Below, in pieces: positions 45,083-51,226 of a stretch of DNA of 51,226 nt (position 1 is the stretch's first letter; each line of letters opens with the position of its first letter). Source of the DNA: Macrostomum lignano (taxonomy: Eukaryota); assembly GCA_002269645.1 (NCBI GenBank), contig NIVC01001425.1:1-51226 (forward strand), read 5' to 3'. Under the pieces are notes generated by a model, which was not told the origin of the DNA, ran no database searches, and saw only the letters and a program-made list of their open reading frames with translations. Made by a program: the position numbers and the translations under genes.

Positions 45083-45365
45083 ATGTCTATGGCAATAAAC
45101 ACCCGATAGTGCAAGCGTGTCTATAGCAATAAACACCCGATAGTGCAAGCGTGTCTATAGCAATAAACACCCGATAGTGCAAGCGTGTCTATAGCAATAA
45201 ACACCCGATAGTGCAAGCGTGTCTATAGCAATAAACACCCGATAGTGCAAGCGTGTCTATAGCAATAAACACCCGATTGTGCAAGCGTGTCTATAGCAAT
45301 AAACACCCGATAGTGCAAGCGTGTCTATGGCAATAAACACAAGTGAAGTGCAAGCGTGTCTACAA
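45083..45365. repeat. 34-nt repeat (GTGTCTATAGCAATAAACACCCGATAGTGCAAGC), about 8 copies, between NSRP1 and USP48
   Basis: Directly visible. Confidence 0.93.
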
Positions 45366-45576
45366 GATGGTCAAACCAAAACCTTGAATGGAAACCTAAA
45401 CAAATATTTTCTAATTAAACCACGGTAAAATTAAACTAACCACAAAGAAGTCGACTTCAACCCGATGAAATAGTTTAACACTATTTAATTATTTACAAAT
45501 GTCAATTTTAAATTGTTTACACATATAGTTAGAAGCACATAAATATACAAGATTTAATATCGCTGTTTCTATGCTT

Positions 45577-47057
45577 TCAATCGTCATCTTCTTGATCGCT
45601 ATCGGCCACAATTGGTGGCGCGGCCGCTGTCAAGCCTTTGCGCTGCAGGTAGCGCTCTCTGGCGCTGCTCACGGCGTCTTGGTTGTTACGCCTGCGAAGC
45701 TTTACTAATAGTAGCGGATCGAGCACCGGACCTGCCGAGCCGGCTGAAGCTTTTGCTGACTTGGCTGCGCCACCCGACGATGAGGCCGAACTTGACCTCG
45801 ATCTGGACCTTCTGGACCTTCGATGCTGATGTCGGTGAGGTTGCCTACGATCCCGGTCCCGATCCCGGACCGCCGCTGATGATGATGACGAAGACTGAGG
45901 CAGCTGAGGCGGCGGCGGCTCCTCGGATTGAGGCTTGCGGCCGCGGTCAAGCAGATTGCGATAGAATCCCGTCAGGTCCTGCTGCTTTGCGGCTGCTTGC
46001 CTGCAAATTCATTCACTGAATTATTGAATGCCAGCTAAATCAGGTCACTGATAGCCTCCGCTCCCTCAGTCCCTGAATCTGCCTCTCCGCTCCCTCAGTC
46101 CCTGAATCTGCCTCTCCGCTCCCTCAGTCCCTGAATCTGCCTCTCCGCTCTCTCAGTCCCTGAATCTGCCTCTCCGCTCCCTCAGTCCCTGAATCTGCCT
46201 CTCCGCTCCCTCAGTCCCTGAATCTGCCTCTCCGCTCCCTCAGTCCCTGAATCTGCCTCTCCGCTCCCTCAGTCCCTGAATCTGCCTCTCCGCTCCCCCA
46301 GTCCCTGAATTTGCCTCTCCACTCCCTCAGCCCTGAATCTGCCTCTCCACTCCCTCAGCCCCTGAATCTGCCTCTCCACTGACTCAGTCAGTCCCTGAAT
46401 CTGTCTCTCCACTCCATCAGTCAGTCCCTGAATCTGCCTCTCCGCTGTCCCAATCACTAAACCAGGCCAATGTGATTACCTGGCATCCTTGGCCTCCTGC
46501 AGCTTGTGCTGCCGCTCCAATTCGGAAAACTCGGCCAATTTCTTTTTATAAGCAGATGTTACAAAGGCCTCTTTATCGGCGTACAGTTCGCCTTCTGCCT
46601 CGCGCTCCGCTTGAATTTTCTTCTCTTTCTGATACTCGCGCTCCATCTTGCGCTCTCCAGCCGCTTGCATCAGGCCGCCAATGTACTTGGGCGCCCGGTC
46701 GCTCACAGTTTTAACAGTTTGCCGCTCGGGCTTCCGTTCGGTAATCTGATCGTAGATGGAATCGTATTCGAATATGCTGGGGTCCTCGGCCAGGCATTTG
46801 TCTATGTCCGCCCTGGTGGAGCTCTTCAACCGGCTATTGCCCGACGCTTCTAAAGCCGCTTTTTTAGCGTCGAATTTGGCAAATTTTGCGTCAAATTTAG
46901 CTTCGGCCTCGCCGTCTGAATCGCTGTCGTCGAATATCGACGGTCGAGACAGCTGCTGCTTCTGTTGCTGTTGTTGCTGCTGTTGCCGCTGCTTCGCCCT
47001 CTCCTCGCCCGGTATGATCAAGCCGTAAGATTTGTTTTTCTTCCCAGTCCGAGACAT
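45577..47057 (-). CDS. NSRP1: Nuclear speckle splicing regulatory protein 1 (CCDC55); exons 47057-46480 and 46000-45577
   Basis: YGLIIP, RPSIFDDSD, LAEDPSIFEYDSIYD, PKYIGGL, DKEAFVTSAYKKKL in exon 1. DLTGFYRNLL, an RD/RS-rich tract and AVSSARERYL in exon 2. Phase 2 junction closes. Confidence 0.9.
46055..46446. repeat. 29-nt minisatellite (GCCTCTCCGCTCCCTCAGTCCCTGAATCT), about 13 copies, in the NSRP1 intron
   Basis: Period 29 (46081 to 46110). Confidence 0.93.
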
Positions 47058-47369
47058 GGCAACGCTAACTGGAGTTGCAATTCGGATTTGCTAGCGAATT
47101 ATCTTAGTACGAATTAGTGAGAATACACTCTACTAACAGTAGCAAAGAGGGGACAGATTGCCTTGAAAATAAACATAAATAATAAAATAAAATAGCGAGA
47201 CAACAACAAATAAGAAAAAGAAATTGAATACCAAAAAACAAGTGAGACAAAATATCTCGAACCAAAAGTAGAATTTAAATGCATTATTTATTTTCAAAAA
47301 ATTGCAATAACAACTGCATCTCTGTGCTAAAACAAACTTAACAATATCGCTTGATTTCTATGTTGAATC

Positions 47370-47619
47370 GCCTGTGTCTGTCTGGTCTGCCTGTGTCTGT
47401 CCTTCAATCTGTCTCTGTCTGTCTGTCTGCCGGTCTGTCTGTTTTTCTATCTGTCTGTCTGTCTGTCTGTCTGTCCGTCAATCTGTCTCTGTCTGTCTGT
47501 CTGCCTGTCTATCTGTCTGTCTGTCTGTCTGTCCGTCAATCTGTCTCTGTCTGTCTGTCTGCCGGTCTGTCTGTTTTTCTATCTGTCTGTCTGTCTGTCT
47601 GTCCGTCAATCTGTCTCTG

Positions 47620-47663
<44 letters not shown>

Positions 47664-47716
47664 TTCTTTCTATCTGTCTGTCTGTCTGTCCCTCAATCTG
47701 TCTCTGTCTGTCTCTG

Positions 47717-47755
<39 letters not shown>

Positions 47756-47756
47756 G
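47370..47756. repeat. Degenerate (TCTG)n microsatellite
   Basis: Directly visible. Confidence 0.95.
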
Positions 47757-47907
47757 GTGTGCACCCTCAGGTACTTAATCCATCCAATTGATACGGTTTT
47801 AAATACAAAGTACACTTCGCCAGCTTACAGACAACAATTAAGCACCCGTAGATAGCACATTTAGTTTTTTTAAAATTAGGCGACTTCATAGTGCCAATAT
47901 AAAAGCA

Positions 47908-50468
47908 TCAATCAGCCAGTAAATCCCGAACGTGCTCCAGCCGCATGCCGTAAAGCGACCGGAAGGCCATGCCGGGCAGCGGGCCGTCAACAGAGTCAGC
48001 ATCGGCGTCGGCCTCGGCTCCTTCATTGTCCAAATATCGATCGGGCACCTCGCGAGAAGCCACCGCCCAGGCGCCGCCGGTGTCGGCCAACCGAAGCAGC
48101 AGTTTAGTGAGCGGGCCGATAGGCAGATCGGGCAGGCCGGTTACTAACCGTCTCCGCCCGCCGCTCCTACACCGATCAGCCAGCGGTAGGCGGGCGTGTC
48201 TCAGGCCGAACTGCTCGGCCCGAGCCACCGACAACCGGTTGGCAGCGTCGCCAGATGCGGTCACGCCGACAATTAGAGCGACGGAAGGCGATTGAAACGA
48301 TGATGAAGACGAAGTGTTGGGTTGGAATAGCCGTTCGGCATTGGGAGCCGCGTTGGGCGAAAATGCCGATAGATAGAGTAGCCGATCGCGGCCGAATCTA
48401 TAGATGGGGAATGACAGCGAAAGTTCTTGGTGTACTTTGTTAGATTCGGTTATTGCATGCTTCAAGCTTTTGGATCTGAGCTGGGGTGATCTATTGGACT
48501 GAACTGGGTGATCTATTGGACTGAGCTGGGTGATCTATTGGACTGAGCTGGGTGATCTATTGGACTGAGCTGGGTGATCTATTGGACTGAGCTGGGTGAT
48601 CTATTGGACTGAGCTGAACGATCTATTGGACTGAGCTGATGTGATCTATTAGATCGAGCTGGGTGATCTATTGGACTGAGCTGGGTGATCTATTGGACTG
48701 AGCTGGGTGATCTATTGGACTGAGCTGGGTGATCTATTGGACTGAGCTGGGTGATCTATTGGACTGAGCTGGGTGATCTATTGGACTGAGCTGAGTGATC
48801 TATTGGACTGAGCTGAGCGATCTATTGGACTGAGCTGAGCGATCTATTGGACTGAGCTGAGCGATCTATTGGACTGAGCTGGGTGATCTATTGGACTGAG
48901 CTGGGTGATCTATTGGACTGAGCTGGGTGATCTATTAGACTGAGCTGGGTGATCTATTGGACTGAGCTGGGTGATCTATTGGACTGAGCTGGGTGATCTA
49001 TTGGACTGAGCTGGGTGATCTATTGGACTGAGCTGGGTGATCTATTGGACTGAGCTGGGTGATCTATTGGACTGAGCTGAGCGATCTATTGGACTGAGCT
49101 GAGCGATCTATTGGACTGAGCTGAGCGATCTATTGGACTGAGCTGAGCGATCTATTGGACTGAGCTGAGCGATCTATTGGACTGAGCTGAGCGATCTATT
49201 GGACTGAGCTGAGCGATCTATTGGACTGAGCTGAGCGATCTATTGGACTGAGCTGAGCGATCTATTGGACTGAGCTGAGCGATCTATTGGACTGAGCTGA
49301 GCGATCTATTGGACTGAGCTGAGCGATCTATTGGACTGAGCTGAGCGATCTATTGGACTGAGCTGAGCGATCTATTGGACTGAGCTGGGTGATCTATTGG
49401 ACTGAGCTGGGTGATCTATTGGACTGAGCTGGGTGATCTATTGGACTGAGCTGGGATGATCTATTGGTCAGGGCTGGGATGATCTATTGGTCAGGGCTGG
49501 GATGATCTATTAGTCAGGGCTGGGATGATCTATTAGTCAGGGCTGGGATGATCTATTAGTCAGGGCTGGGATGATCTATTAGTCAGGGCTGGGATGATCT
49601 ATTGGTCAGGGCTGGGGTGATCTATTGGTCAGGGCTGGATGATCTATTGGTCAAGGCTGGGATGATCTATTAGTCAGGGCTGGGATGATCTATTGGTCAG
49701 GGCTGGGGATCTATTGGTCAGGGCTGGGGTGATCTATTAGTCAGGGCTGGGATGATCTATTGGTCAGGGCTGGGATGATCTATTGGTCAAGGCTGGGATG
49801 ATCTATTGGTCAGGGCTGGGATGATCTATTGGTCAGGGCTGGGATGATCTATTGGTCAAGGCTGGGATGATCTGTTGGATCAAGCTGGATGCTGATTTGA
49901 ATTACATTAAAATCATGGTCCTAATACCCTAAAAATGCAACGCATTCAATACCTGGCCACGGCTGACTCCAGACTATCAACAGAGTCCAACGGCAGCTCA
50001 TCGAAGCCCACGCCGCCAGTGGCGAGAGTAAAATACTGACGAAACACGCAGTCGGGATGCAGGCCGCAGGCGATTAGGTGAAACGGGCGATCAGCTGCAT
50101 AGTTAGCTTGCAGACAGAGCAGCACCTGGCGGGCCAGATGGCGCCACTCCAGATGGCCATTGCTGTAGCCGGAGAAGTCCAATAGCAACGGCTGCCGCTC
50201 CTCCGTTGGCAGTCCAGCCTCCAGGGCCAAGCCGGCCAAGCTGCGAGCCAGCTGGATGGCCTGGCCAGGCGGTCTGGCCAGCCAATCGTCTTGGCTTTGG
50301 TGCAGCGCCAGCCGGTACAGGCCTTGGTAAGCCAGCAGCCTGTCTGCCTGGGCGATTGGGCAAGGATTGGGGACATGCGAGCTTGGGATTTTTAGCTGAC
50401 ACCTCCCACATACTCATGGCTTGCGATGTCATCCAACGAAGTACCCAGATTGAGCGGGTAGCATTCTC
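47908..50468 (-). CDS. TRMT10C: TRM10-family SPOUT tRNA methyltransferase, most like TRMT10C/MRPP1, probably 5' partial; exons 50468-50414, 50381-49953, 48397-47908
   Basis: QPLLLDF...QVLLCLQANYAADRPFHLIACGL, DRLLYLSAFSPN, LIVG, SVARAEQFGLRHARLPL, LTKLLLRL..GGAW....VP follow the MRPP1 pattern (QPLVFD...N....PFH..C.L; YLTADSPN; AKAKRLNL..LPL; W..AL..VP). Phase 2 junction at 49953/48397 closes. Confidence 0.75.
48475..49890. repeat. Compound 22-nt (CTGGGTGATCTATTGGACTGAG) then 23-nt (CTGGGATGATCTATTGGTCAGGG) minisatellite in a TRMT10C intron
   Basis: The unit switches at about 49440. Confidence 0.95.
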
Positions 50469-50539
50469 CTAGATCCATAAGTTAAACAGTTACCAGGCCA
50501 ATTTCCTAGAGCTTTAGTGAAGTACCTGTGTACCTCAAG

Positions 50540-51226
50540 AATCCTCAGTTGCTGGACCACTGTCATGCTCCCAGATCCTCAGTTGCTGACCACCCTCCCA
50601 GATCCTCAGTTGCTGAGCCGCCCTCCCAGATCCCCAGTTGCTGGGTCACCGCCGCCCTCCCAGATCCCCAGTTGCTGGGTCACCGCCGCCCTCCCAGATC
50701 CTCAGTTGCTGGGCCACTGCCGCCCTCCAGATCCCTAGTTGCAGGCCACCCTTCCAGATCCTCAGTTGCTGAGCCGCCCTTCCAGATCCTCAGTTGCTGA
50801 GCCACCCTCCAGATCCTCAGTTGCTGAGCCGCCCTCCCAGATCCTCAGTTGCTGAGCCGCCCTCCAGATCCTCAGTTGCTGAGCCGCCCTCACAGATCCT
50901 CAGTTGCCTGAGCCGCCCTCCAGATCCTCAGTTGCTGAGCCGCCCTCTCCAGATCCTCAGTTGCTGAGCCGCCCTCCCAGATCCTCAGTTGCTGGGGTCA
51001 CCGCCGCCCTCCCAGATCCTCAGTTGCTGGACCACTGCTATGCTCCCAGATCCTCAGTTGCTGGACCACTGCTATGCTCCCAGATCCTCAGTTGCTGGAC
51101 CACTGCTATGCTCCCAGATCCTCAGTTGCTGAGCCACCCTCCCAGATCTCAGCTGCTGGGGTCACCGCCACACTCCCAGATCCTCAGTTGCTGGCCACTG
51201 CCGCTCTTAGATCCCCAGTTGCAGGG
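50540..51226. repeat. About 28-nt degenerate minisatellite (CCCTCCCAGATCCTCAGTTGCTGAGCCG), running off the window
   Basis: Directly visible; probably in an upstream TRMT10C intron. Confidence 0.9.

Noticed and set aside
48450-48459. TTATTGCATG, resembling the 3' end of a flatworm spliced leader as I recall it
   Set aside because: Only 10 nt, with no upstream leader match, no GT donor after the ATG and no Sm site; not an SL RNA gene.
11980-49890. A shared CAGG core across many minisatellite units, reminiscent of the Jeffreys core
   Set aside because: Only 4 nt, absent from several units and expected by chance; it needs a genome-wide test before any claim.
2890-50468. A functional pathway linking the clustered genes
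   Set aside because: A TRP channel, peroxisomal oxidase, deubiquitinase, splicing factor and mitochondrial tRNA enzyme share no pathway I can support; the link is positional only.
5-50800. Numerous plus-strand ORFs overlapping the minus-strand exons
   Set aside because: Antisense shadows of GC-rich coding sequence with no recognisable domains. The only plus-strand exception kept is the transposase-like fragment at 33495-33722.
11877-51226. CRISPR-like appearance of regularly spaced repeats
   Set aside because: Units are head-to-tail with no unique spacers, there are no cas genes, and the context is spliced eukaryotic genes.

Overview
Eukaryotic (metazoan) genomic DNA. The GC-rich Ala/Gln-rich exons, minisatellite-filled introns and gene content suggest a free-living flatworm such as Macrostomum; this is inference from style, not a database result. 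I reconstruct ten protein-coding genes, all on the minus strand. In transcription order they are: a TRMT10C/MRPP1-like tRNA methyltransferase (5' partial), NSRP1/CCDC55, USP48 (6 exons, 1188 aa, phases close exactly), a small coiled-coil protein, an ankyrin+SAM protein (ANKS3-like), two tandem PIPOX/sarcosine oxidase paralogues, another coiled-coil protein, a TRPM-type channel with an ankyrin-repeat N-terminus (one frameshift in this sequence), and an unknown gene running off the left edge. About 21 kb (roughly 40%) is tandem repeat: about 20 arrays, almost all with a private unit, filling most long introns and spacers. There are also tRNA-headed SINEs and a degenerate inverted-repeat transposon remnant. 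The best leads are: (i) PIPOX genes with no usable genomic start codon, which could take the AUG from a spliced leader within an operon-like co-oriented cluster; (ii) exon-restricted homogenisation between the PIPOX copies; (iii) the ankyrin-TRPM chimera; (iv) the one-private-minisatellite-per-intron architecture, including a possibly coding array and arrays of ETS or CCAAT motifs. No CRISPR, rRNA or true tRNA genes are supported. Coordinates were counted by hand and repeat boundaries are approximate.
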